Under the pieces are notes generated by a model that had not been told where the DNA came from, made no database searches, and saw nothing but the letters and a program-made list of their open reading frames with translations. Position numbers and translations under genes: made by a program. Of a stretch of DNA of 64,000 bases, positions 37,147 to 49,418 are shown one piece after another (the first letter of the stretch is position 1; every line of letters starts with the position of its first letter). The stretch lies in contig JAGIQG010000043.1 in NCBI GenBank assembly GCA_024679065.1, forward strand, positions 1,116,001 through 1,180,000, given 5' to 3'. The DNA comes from Sphyrna mokarran. Taxonomy: Eukaryota.

Positions 37147-37357
37147 GAACATAGAACATAGAACAATACAGCACAGAACAGGCCCTTCGGCCTTCGATGT
37201 TGTGCCGACCAAAATAAAAAGCAATGCCCCTCCTAACTAAACCATTCCCTTCTCATCCATATACTTATCAACTAACCTCTTAAACGCCACCAAACTTGGC
37301 GCATCTACAACAGCTGCAGGCAGGGCATTCCACTCCCTAATCACTCTTTGAGTAAAG
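37147..37357 (-). mobile_element. 211-bp CR1 3' end present in only one copy of the duplication
   Basis: Empty site GTCTGTTTTATTTGTGC at ~40214-40230; TA duplicated. Confidence 0.9.
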
Positions 37358-39866
37358 TATTTGTGCTTATCAATCCATCTGATTGACTGAGCATCCACAG
37401 TGTCTCTGAGATAGAGATAACAAGTAGAATAAAAATTACAGAGACTTATATTAAGTAAGGTGTCGACATCTGCAATAGGCTACTGATTAAATGCTTCCAC
37501 AGGAACACACAACGGAAATGGATTCCTTGTAATTTGATAAATTGGTTCACGCTAACAAATATCACACCTCACTATTCCATAAATTGGGAAACAGTCAATA
37601 GCAATAACTCGCCATCTGTAATGGCCAGTTAGTCTTGAATTTTGTTGCGCATAGAAGTGTTTTTAGAGTTGAATAAGGCGTTGGCCAGACCGAATACGAA
37701 GCATTGTGTCCACTTTTATTCTCCTAGCTTGAGGAAGAATGTGGTGGCAGTGGAGGAAGTTCACAGGAAGTCCACCAGATTGATTCCAGTGATGATCTGT
37801 CTATTATACGTAGTAAAGTTTTACAACATCAATTTTAAATCCAACCAATTTATTTGATAGTAAATTGGTTGGATTTAATATTGGTGTTGCAGAACTTTAT
37901 TGAGTTTACCCCAGTCCAACGCTGGCATCTCTACATCATATCATGCGTAGGACCGTGGCATCGCTTGGACTTATGGATTCAGGAGAATAACGGGGAGGGG
38001 CGGTGGTGATAAAATGGTAGTATACAAAATGCTGAAGAAATTGTTATAATGAACATTGAACAGGTTACCACCGAATTGGGCAGTCAAGAACAAAAGATAT
38101 AGCGAGAGAGGAGATAGGTTCAACACTAAGATGAGAAGGAATTACTTCTCTCAGAGCGTTGTGAATCTATGCTCCAGACCACGTTGAAGGCAGAATCATT
38201 CAACATGATCAAGAAAGAAATTGATGTATGGCTGATGAAAAACCGGATAAAGAACTATGGGTAGTAAGAAGGTCAGTGGAGTTGAGATCAGAAGAAACGC
38301 ACCCATGGTTATATGGAATGGCGGAGCATTCTCGACGGGCTGAGTTGTCTACTGCTTCCAAACTATTGTGTTGCTTTCTAATGAGGCACTTCAATTCATA
38401 TGACTTTCATGGGAGTTTAGTTGAACAGTGGAAGTATAGAGAGTGTAATTGATCCAAATTTCCACGGAGAGGCGTATGTTTAAATTCCGGCCTTGCTCGC
38501 TGGACCTGAAATCGATCCGTTAGTAGATATCCCAGGATATATTCGAGGTGACGGGAATGCAATCAATTGAAAAATTTCTGATCAAATACATCAAAAACAC
38601 AGCTCCTGTAGTCCAGTAAGGTGGTATACGTTGGTGGTGGTGAGCCAGTGGGGGCGTAGGGGGAGGTGGGAGTGTGGACATGGGGAGTGCAGGGGTGGCA
38701 TGGAGGGTGGAGGCGGTTGGTGGTGAGCAGGCTAAATTCAGACAATCAAAGCGAACCCCTAGTGTTATATAAAACGAAGAAACACTTTAGAGTGATGTAG
38801 AATGGAATAATGATTTTTTTCAGTATAATCTTAATCACCGACGCATTTCCGGATCAGAGGCAACTGTTTTGCCTTCAGCAAAATCTCTTCGAAGCGTTTC
38901 TCGCTGAAAGTAAGCACGCAGGTACAGTAGACAATAAAGCATGGAAATGATATCTTGGCCTTCATAGCGATAGGATTTTAGTATCGAAATCGTGCTGCTT
39001 TGGTGCAATTGTATTGTGCCTGGGTGTGTTCACACCTGGAGCATTTTTTTTACAGCTTTGATGTACTTAAGAACATAGGAACATCAGAAATAGGAGCAGG
39101 AGTCGCATCTAGCTCCTCGAGCCTGCTGCACCATTCAATAAGTTCATGGTTAATCTGAAATGGATCAGTTCCACTTCCCCCCTTTTCCCCATTAATTTTC
39201 TTGTCTATCAGTAACCTAACTGCCCGTGACTTAAATATATTCAGCGAGGTAGCCTCCACCAATTCAACAGGTGGACAATACCAAAGATTCGCCACTCTTC
39301 GAGTGAAGAAGTTCCTCCTCAATTCTGAGCTAAACCGCCCCTCTCCCTTATTTTGAGGCTAAGCCCTCTCGTCCTGCTATCCTTTCTAAGCGGGAAGAGT
39401 CTCTCTTACCCTACCCTATCATCCTCTTCATTATCTTATACGTCCTTTACGATTCCCCCTCAGCCTTCTAAACTCTAACGAGTACACACGCAGTCTACTC
39501 AATGTCTCCTCATAAGCTAACCTCCTTCTCTCCGGTATTAGCCGAGTGAACCTTCTCTGCATTCCCTCTAAAGCCAATATATTCCTTTCTCAGTAGCCTG
39601 CGAATAAAACTGCTCATAATTCTCCAGTTTTGCGGCATCACCATTACCCTGTACAGTTGCTCAAGTACTCCTCTTTTGTATTCTACCCTCTTCGCTATAA
39701 ATGCCAACGGCCAGCGGCATTCTTGAGCACGCCTGCTGCACTTACCTACGAACCTGCTGATTCCTGGGCTGTCAGGTCTGTCGTTCAGCGGGTTGAGATT
39801 TATATCAAGAATTCGGTTACAATTCAATGGCATCAGGACCCAGAGTGGAGTGCGACTTCGCGTGAG

Positions 39867-39928
39867 NNNNNNNNNNNNNNNNNNNNNNNNNNNNNNNNNN
39901 NNNNNNNNNNNNNNNNNNNNNNNNNNNN
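39867..39928. other. Assembly gap (62 N)
   Basis: N run. Confidence 1.
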
Positions 39929-42692
39929 CAGCAATCGTTGCATCACCTTCACTTCTATATATAAATATAAATACAGAAATATACATTATATGATAATGAT
40001 GTTCTACTTGTTTTCTCTATCTCATGTAGACTCGAAGATTGGCGAATCGATATCAAATATATCGAAGATATATATATATATATATAATATATATATATAA
40101 TAGTGCGTTGAAAAAACGACCTCCCTCGTCGACAAACTAGACCATTGATAGATCATGAACAAATCTAATCGCCAATCTTCCAGTCGACATCAGTTTCCAT
40201 TGAAATCTTATACGTCTGTTTTATTTGTGCTTATCAATCCATCTGATTGACTGAGCATCCACAGTGTCTCTGAGATAGAGATAACAAGTAGAATAAAAAT
40301 TACAGAGACTTATATTAAGTAAGGTGTCGACATCTGCAATAGGCTACTGATTAAATGCTTCCACAGGAACACACAACGGAAATGGATTCCTTGTAATTTG
40401 GTAAATTGGTTCACGCTAACAAATATCACACCTCACTATTCCATAAATTGGGAAACAGTCAATAGCAATAACTCGCCATCTGTAATGGCCAGTTAGTCTT
40501 GAATTTTGTTGCGCATAGAAGTGTTTTTAGAGTTGAATAAGGCGTTGGCCAGACCGAATACGAAGCATTGTGTCCACTTTTATTCTCCTAGCTTGAGGAA
40601 GAATGTGGTGGCAGTGGAGGAAGTTCACAGGAAGTCCACCAGATTGATTCCAGTGATGATCTGTCTATTATACGTAGTAAAGTTTTACAACATCAATTTT
40701 AAATCCAACCAATTTATTTGATAGTAAATTGGTTGGATTTAATATTGGTGTTGCAGAACTTTATTGAGTTTACCCCAGTCCAACGCTGGCATCTCTACAT
40801 CATATCATGCGTAGGACCGTGGCATCGCTTGGACTTATGGATTCAGGAGAATAACGGGGAGGGGCGGTGGTGATAAAATGGTAGTATACAAAATGCTGAA
40901 GAAATTGTTATAATGAACATTGAACAGGTTACCACCGAATTGGGCAGTCAAGAACAAAAGATATAGCGAGAGAGGAGATAGGTTCAACACTAAGATGAGA
41001 AGGAATTACTTCTCTCAGAGCGTTGTGAATCTATGCTCCAGACCACGTTGAAGGCAGAATCATTCAACATGATCAAGAAAGAAATTGATGTATGGCTGAT
41101 GAAAAACCGGATAAAGAACTATGGGTAGTAAGAAGGTCAGTGGAGTTGAGATCAGAAGAAACGCACCCATGGTTATATGGAATGGCGGAGCATTCTCGAC
41201 GGGCTGAGTTGTCTACTGCTTCCAAACTATTGTGTTGCTTTCTAATGAGGCACTTCAATTCATATGACTTTCATGGGAGTTTAGTTGAACAGTGGAAGTA
41301 TAGAGAGTGTAATTGATCCAAATTTCCACGGAGAGGCGTATGTTTAAATTCCGGCCTTGCTCGCTGGACCTGAAATCGATCCGTTAGTAGATATCCCAGG
41401 ATATATTCGAGGTGACGGGAATGCAATCAATTGAAAAATTTCTGATCAAATACATCAAAAACACAGCTCCTGTAGTCCAGTAAGGTGGTATACGTTGGTG
41501 GTGGTGAGCCAGTGGGGGCGTAGGGGGAGGTGGGAGTGTGGACATGGGGAGTGCAGGGGTGGCATGGAGGGTGGAGGCGGTTGGTGGTGAGCGGGCTAAA
41601 TTCAGACAATCAAAGCGAACCCCTAGTGTTATATAAAACGAAGAAACACTTTAGAGTGATGTAGAATGGAATAATGATTTTTTTCAGTATAATCTTAATC
41701 ACCGACGCATTTCCGGATCAGAGGCAACTGTTTTGCCTTCAGCAAAATCTCTTCGAAGCGTTTCTCGCTGAAAGTAAGCACGCAGGTACAGTAGACAATA
41801 AAGCATGGAAATGATATCTTGGCCTTCATAGCGATAGGATTTTAGTATCGAAATCGTGCTGCTTTGGTGCAATTGTATTGTGCCTGGGTGTGTTCACACC
41901 TGGAGCATTTTTTTTACAGCTTTGATGTACTTAAGAACATAGGAACATCAGAAATAGGAGCAGGAGTCGCATCTAGCTCCTCGAGCCTGCTGCACCATTC
42001 AATAAGTTCATGGTTAATCTGAAATGGATCAGTTCCACTTCCCCCCTTTTCCCCATTAATTTTCTTGTCTATCAGTAACCTAACTGCCTGTGACTTAAAT
42101 ATATTCAGCGAGGTAGCCTCCACCAATTCAACAGGTGGACAATTCCAAAGATTCGCCACTCTTCGAGTGAAGAAGTTCCTCCTCAATTCTGAGCTAAACC
42201 GCCCCTCTCCCTTATTTTGAGGCTAAGCCCTCTCGTCCTGCTATCCTTTCTAAGCGGGAAGAGTCTCTCTTACCCTACCCTATCATCCTCTTCATTATCT
42301 TATACGTCCTTTACGATTCCCCCTCAGCCTTCTAAACTCTAACGAGTACACACGCAGTCTACTCAATGTCTCCTCATAAGCTAACCTCCTTCTCTCCGGT
42401 ATTGGCCGAGTGAACCTTCTCTGCATTCCCTCTAAAGCCAATATATTCTTTCTCAAATGCGGCGAATAAAACTGCTCATAATTCTCCAGTTGCGGCATCA
42501 CCAGTACCCTGTACAGTTGCATCAAGTCCTCCCTGCTTTTGTATTCTACCCTCTTCGCTATAAATGCCAACGTCCCATTCGCATTCTTGAGCACCTGCTG
42601 CACTTACCTACGTAACCAGGCTGATTCCTGGGATGTCAGGTCTGTCGTACGAGGTGAGATTATGTCAAATCGGATTACATTCAATGGAGAAG

Positions 42693-42792
42693 NNNNNNNN
42701 NNNNNNNNNNNNNNNNNNNNNNNNNNNNNNNNNNNNNNNNNNNNNNNNNNNNNNNNNNNNNNNNNNNNNNNNNNNNNNNNNNNNNNNNNNNN
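42693..42792. other. Assembly gap (100 N, probably of unknown size); expected to contain the B2 promoter and leader
   Basis: N run directly upstream of the B2 V exon region. Confidence 1.
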
Positions 42793-42943
42793 GATTTTCT
42801 CCCTAACTTAATTGCAATGTTAATGTCAGGCCAGTTCTAACATTAATAAAGTAAATTTTAAATCGAGGCGATTTGATTTTTAGAGTCTGCTTCAGGTATT
42901 TCAATAATCAGTGCTTCTCTCACAATAAACTCTCTAGTTACAG

Positions 42944-45900
42944 AATCCGAGTCCTCTCTGTCTCAGATCCCCTTCACAGTGACAGCTGCAGTGGGCCAAA
43001 CGGTGGAATTATTCTTCCATGACACTCAAGAATTGAATTTTGTATCCGACTATGCTTGGTACAAACAGAGGCTGGGTGAAGCCCCGATACTAATAAACAC
43101 CACAACCTGTACTAGGCCCAACTGTAAGTTTATTTCTGAAAAAGGCAATCCAGGGAATGTGTTGATTCTGAAAATTCGCAATGTCCAGACCACTGACTCT
43201 GGTTCCTACTACTGTACATATACTCGGTCTACACTGTTCGGGGATGGAACCATACTCCTGGTTGGAGGTAAGAGATCAAGTGAAATCCATTCAGAGTATG
43301 CACACCATTATCTTTTTTGTGTAAATTAATCGTTAACTATGTCCCAATTTCTGTGCAGACAGTTCCACCAACAAGACCACTGTGCAAGTATTTGTCCCGC
43401 TGGCTGAGCTGGATGTGAATCATGCCGTGCCCTTAGTGTGTTCGGTCAGTGGAGTTTCTTCCAATCAGGTTGCTATTTTCTGGAATATTTCTGGCGTGGT
43501 CACTGAGGGATCGAGTGATCCTGGGACAATGGAGGAGGATGGGACCTACAGCATCAGAAGTCGTGTCATGGTGTCGGGGCAAGTCTGGAGAAGTGGCGGT
43601 GTCTGTACTTGCATTGTTCAACCGGGGATTTCAGGCACATATTGGACGGAGAGTGTGTTCTTCCCCAAAGCAACAGAAACTGGGACAGGTGAGTTGTTAA
43701 TCTCCACAATGATGGCTTGAATTCAACTCGGATTCACTTGTGGTAATGTTCCAAATATTCAGAAAGTGACACCTGTTACGTACACAGTAGAGATCTCCCG
43801 TTGTACCTGCATTATTTACTAATGTCAGAAGTATGCTTACATTAACATTGCAATGAAATTGTGGTGTAAATTCCCATTGCTGCGCCTCTTGGAGTGCACT
43901 GAAGAAGAATTCAGCATGCCCAATTCCGCCAACCAGCATGGCTTCCGAGAGTTGGAGGAAACTGAAACGCCTGCAGGAAGCGAACACCGATCTGGGAGAG
44001 CGTGCCGACCCTGCTCCAAGTCAGTATTCAAACCATATTCTCTGGCACTGTGAGACAGCGGTGGTAACCACTGTGCAGCCCGGAATCTCTTCACTTCTTC
44101 CCTGCAAGGCAGAGTTTCTTTTTCCCTTGCTGCAAGTTTTTACTGAATCTGCTTCCAGCGCCCTTTTCAGACATTGGATTTTCAAATTCAGTCCAGGTCA
44201 GTCCGAAGCTGGATGCTCTTTGCAATCAAGAAACAAACAAGAGTTGACATTAGTTTCTACATGTGCCTTTTTTGCCTGACGTATGATTTCATTTTTCCAC
44301 TATCTCACTCCAGAATCTCTAGTTTCCGTTTGGCACCTGTTGTATTATACATTCCTAATACTGGAATCCAATCACATTGAGATTGTTAGTTACACCTCAT
44401 TTGGAATACTGCGTCCAGTTCTGGTCGCCCTACTACCGGAAGGACGTGGAGACTCTGGAGACAGTGCAGAGGAGGTTTACTAGGATGCTGCCTGGTATGG
44501 AAGGTCTGAGTTACAAGGAGAGATTAGGCAAATTGGGACTGTTTTCCTTAGAAAGACGTAGACTCAGAGGAGGTCTGATAGAGGTGTACAAGATTTTGAA
44601 GGGGATAGATAGAGTAAACAAGGTTAAGCTTTTTCCTAGGATGGACTCAAATAGCACGAGGGGTCACGGGCTTAGGGTGAGGGGGGTAAGGTATAATTTG
44701 GATGCTAGAGGGAGGTTTTTCACACAGAGGGTGGTGGGAGTATGGAATGCGCTGCCAAGTAAAGTGGTGGAGGCAGATACTCTGGAGTTATTTAAGAAGT
44801 ACTTAGATGGGCACATGAACAGAATGGGAATGGAGGGGTATAGAAAACTGATTTAAAATAGGGATCATGAGCCTTGGGAGTCCCTGGGAAGTGTGTAAAT
44901 AGATGATGATATTGATGTACTTGTTTTTATCCTCCAGTTGCTTTGGTCCAACTTGTTGTCTAACGAGGGGCATACACGCAATGGGTCGTGAGAGGACAGC
45001 TCTTGGATCTTTTTCGAGAGTATCCTAGTGCTTCACGTTGTTAGTGTACGCGTGACCTGGACCACCTGATGGGCAACACGACAGCTCAGTGACTATCGCT
45101 GTGCTGTGCAGATACATGGATTTGGACTTGTGTCTGTGGGAGTTTGCGCATTCTCCCCATGCTTGCGTAGGTTTTGTCCGGGTGCTCCGGTTTCCTCCCA
45201 CATCCCAAAGATGTGCTTTTAGGCTAATTGGCAAAACAAATTCTCCCTAAATTGTCTCAAATTTGGTTTTTAATCCATAGATCTATAAACATGGACAGGG
45301 ATCCCGGGTAGAGGTGGGAACATCGGGGTGGCGGCGTGGGCTCGTTGGGCCGAAGGGCCTGTTTCCCGGGGTGTTTTGTTCTTTGTTCTTTGAGATCAAG
45401 GTCAAAAGCAACACAAAAATTGTGTTTTAGACAATTTTATCCTTTTTGATATTGTGATTAAGAGCATGTCTGAATGGCCAATGGAAACATATGTAACAGT
45501 ACACATGACAACTGGAATTGTATTTGGACTCTGTGGTGGGAAATGTGTAAAGCTGTGAGGGAAATTCAGATAGAGTGACAGTATTTCAATAGTGGGTATA
45601 AGGGGGATTCCCATTGAGTATTGATCAATGATAATCTGAAAGAAAATGCTAATTGTGATTCAGTTATAGATATAACAGAATTTCGAGAGGCACTGGTTAG
45701 AGCATCTGCGTTTGGCTTCCCGTCCCAGCAACGCAGGAAGATTTCTTTGACTCAGCAGCAATTTGTAATAGTTTTCTCTCTATAGGATGGTGCAATCAGA
45801 AACAATCCGTTCTCATAATTATCCTGGTGATCCCGATTATCCTTCTTGTCCTTCTTTGCATTTGTGTTTGGAAGAGAGGCAGATCAGGTGAGGAATAATA

Positions 45901-48900
45901 TCCAGTATGGATATCGTTATTATTGTGCATCCCATCTGATTCCCCTTGTAGTGTTAAATTGCTGATCACAGTGTCTTGTTTCAGGAGAGCGAGCGGAGGC
46001 AGCCGCTAATGAAAGGTGAGTAACTGAGCCATTTTCAAAGTTCATCTCTCTGTATATAATATTATATTGAACATATTTCCAAACCACTACTTATTCCAAT
46101 GGTGCATGTTGAATTTTCCCATATTTTAACAATGAGTATTTTTTTCTCAAATATTTCTTGGCCAGGATTTGCACGGTATAATTCCTGTTTAATTCTGTTT
46201 ATTTTCTTATCCAGTTTTAGCTTGACAGAAAGAATGCATAGAGGGCAGCGGAAAGAGAGACAAACGGGTAAGTTGCATCCAAACATTGGCAAAGATTCAA
46301 CACCACTGAACAGATCAATCATGGAGTATTTGCAGTGCAGGAGGCCAGTCAGCTTATTGAACCTGCACTGAGACCAATCCCATTCAGTCTCTATCCCTGT
46401 AGTCCCACATATTTACAGAGTTAATACTCCTGACGGACCCTATTCTTTTTCTGTTTGATATAGATGTCGATTATGCTGCACTTTTCCCTACTTTTACCAG
46501 ACAGAACATTCTCATGCCCGCATCCAGAGTTGCCGAGTGCTTCACGTCGTTACTGTATGCTTAAACAGGCCCAACTGACGGGCAACACAACAGCTCAGTG
46601 ACTATCCCTGTTTGCTGTGCAGACACATGGAGCTGGGTCGGATCTCCGACTTGGGCCGGTGTCTGTGAGAGTTTGCACATTCTCCCCGTGCTTGCGTGGG
46701 TTTTCTCTGGCTGCTCCGGTTTCCTCCTATATCCCAAAAACGTGCTTTTGGGCTGATTGATGTGAACAAACTGTCCCTAAATTAGACCTCCCTTAATCGG
46801 GCGCACATATTCTCTACATTTGCACCACTTTATTGTAGAGACCAAGAGGCGTAGACAAAAGTCATAGGTAGAAGAAGGATTGGAATGAGGCACTCACTGA
46901 ATGTTAAAATGGCAGCTTGGGCTTGTTTGGCCGAAAGGCCTGTTTCCTGTGCTGTGTTACTGTTTGTTCGTTGTTCGTTGTATTCCTAACTGCTTTCCTA
47001 AATTGGCACCTTCAACTTTGTTACATAGATGACCATCGCCAAACACATCGACAGAGAACACAAGAATGTCTGGTTCAGGTAAACGTTTTGCAAATATTTT
47101 AATACCATTGAGGAAATTGTTTTTTGGGATAAGTTGCAGGATGTCCCATCCGGGATAGTTCATGCGGCTATCAGCGAGCAGCTCACTGTCTGAAACACCG
47201 AATTGTGAACAAAAACATATTCGTCCACATTTTGGAATCAGAACATATATCTCTGCCACTCTTACAAAATATTGTAGAGCGATTGAGTTAATGTTCCGTT
47301 TACAATATATGAGGTAGACGTTTCTGCGGATTTCCGGCAGTTTTCATTGCTGATTGCCACAAGTCTACTTCTCTTCACATTCTTTTTTTACATGGTGGGT
47401 CTAATTCCCCCTCACTCAATTCCAGGTTTCCTCCCATCTGTGCACAGTTGGAAGTGTATTAATTGCTGGGATTACCTTTACAGTGCAATAATGGTTGGCA
47501 ATGCTGTTTCACAATGTCAGGGACTTGGGTTCAATCTTTGGATTGTGTCAATGTCTCTGTGGAGTTTTCACGTTTTCCCTGTGCCTGCATGGGGTTCCTC
47601 CGAGTGCTCCAGATTCCTCTCACTGTCCAAAGAAGTGCGGATTAGGTGGGTTGGCTATGTTGAATTGTCCTTAATATCTGGTGGACTAGCGAGAGTAAAT
47701 GCATGGGATTATAGAACAAAGAAGATAGAACATTACAGCTCAGTACAGGCTCTTCGGCCCTCGATGTTGCGCCGACCAATGGAACCAAATTTTGACCCTC
47801 TATTCTAAACTATTCGAATGCTATCCATATTCCTATCCACTGACCATTTGAACGCCCTTAAACTTGTCGAATCCACAACTGCTGCAGGCAGGGCATTCCA
47901 CGCCCTTACTACCTTCTGAATAAAGAACCCAGCTCTGTCATCTGTCCTATAACTAACACCCCTTAATTTAAAGCTATGTCTCCTCGTGTTATCCATCTCC
48001 AAGCGAGGAAAAGGGCTCTCAATATCCACCCTATGTAAACCTCTGATCATCTTACATGTCTCAATTAAGTCACGTCTTAGCCTTCTCTCTAATGAAAGTA
48101 ACCTCAAGTCCCTTAGCCTTTCCTCATAAGGCCTACCCACCATGTCAGGCAACATCCTGGTAAACCTCCTCTGCACCATTTCCAATGCCTATCGGGATAG
48201 GTCCTGGGTGTGATGGTGGTGCAAACTGGATGGACCGAATGACCTCATGCTGACCGTAGGATTCTATATATGTGTTGGTTTGAGCTAGTGTGTTTGAGAG
48301 ATTCTTTGCATCTCTCTGTGTCTGTGTTGTTGAGAGTTTGTCTGTGTGTGTGAGGTTGTGACATTCTCTTTCTGTGTATCTTTCTCGGTGAGAGATTGTG
48401 TGTGTGTTGAGCGGGACAAGTGAATGTGTGTGTGCGTGAGGGGGAGACTCAGAGAGAGAGAGACAGAGAGAGACTATGTGTTTGAGGGAGTCGGTGAATA
48501 AGTGAAAACTCCCGTACTGTTTGTGCGTGTGTGGTTCTGTGTGCATCTGTGTTCCTATGTGTAAGTGTGTCTGAGTCTGTGTGTCCTGGAACTGTGAAGC
48601 AGCAGTGTTACCATGTCGCCTGTGATGGGGGATGTTATTGGCTAATTAATTCTTCCACAGATGCATTATGCCATTTGTTTTGAAATTGGGATGGAGACCA
48701 CTAGAAGCGGGTTAAATAAACACTTTGAAAGAAAATTGGCAACTGCTTGTTGGAAGTAACATTGATGAGCATTATGAAGAAAGCTGAGGTGAAGGCTGAA
48801 CTAAATAGGTTGTTATAGCCTTGCAGACTTATTGCTAGAAGATTAATCCATAAGCTCAGCTAATGTTCTGAGGATTGTGTTCCAATCCATCAACACCAGA

Positions 48901-49418
48901 GGGCGGAACCAAAATTCAGTGAAAAAATATCTGGAATTAAGAATCCACTGATGAACAAGAAACCATTGTTAGAAAAAGAAAACACGTGAACTACACTATT
49001 GTAAAGTAAATATGCCATTCTTATCTAGTGTGGCCTACATACAACTTCAGAACCTCAGCATTATGGTTGGTTCTCAATGTTCTCTAAATAAGGACAATTA
49101 AGAATGCGCAAAGCCAGCAATACCCACGTCCCACGGATGAAGAAAAAGTGGATTGCTCTTTCAAAGAACCAACATGGATTCATTGGGCCGAATACTTTCC
49201 ATCTAAACAGTAGCATTCTGTGATTTTATGTAACCCTTTTGAGATTTGGCGTCATCTTAAATATTTATGGCCGGAGGACTCCTTCTACACTTTAGGGAAT
49301 TTATTGCTCTCTTTGATCAATCTATAATTTGTGAATATTTCAGAGTGGACCCACCTACTCCTCCCTGGATTTGGCCGCCTTGGAAAAGAGGTCAAAAAAG
49401 AAGGCACCTCGAAAATAA
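42944..49418 (+). CDS. Gene B2 (paralog of B1, 5' partial: leader falls in the N gap); exons 42944-43267 (VJ), 43359-43688 (C1), 45786-45887 (TM), 45985-46015, 46215-46267, 47029-47078, 49344-49418
   Basis: Exon lengths match B1 (324, 330, 102, 31, 53, 50, 75); frame open; tail SGPTYSSLDLAALEKRSKKKAPRK*; AATAAA near 49796. Confidence 0.85.
44384..45389 (+). mobile_element. 5'-truncated CR1 with V-SINE 3' UTR, arm B-specific
   Basis: TSD TTGAGAT (44377-44383, 45390-45396); empty site near 26160. Confidence 0.93.

Larger units (their letters stand above)
36857..42660. repeat. Near-identical ~2.9 kb tandem duplication (36857-39800 vs 39930-42660) flanking an N gap; likely haplotype or assembly duplication
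   Basis: Identical or near-identical ORF translations in both copies; gap at 39867-39928; error-rich contig ends. Confidence 0.85.

Noticed and set aside
36857-42660. Tandem duplication as a real biological structure
   Set aside because: Near identity, a central N gap and error-rich ends point to an assembly or haplotype artefact.
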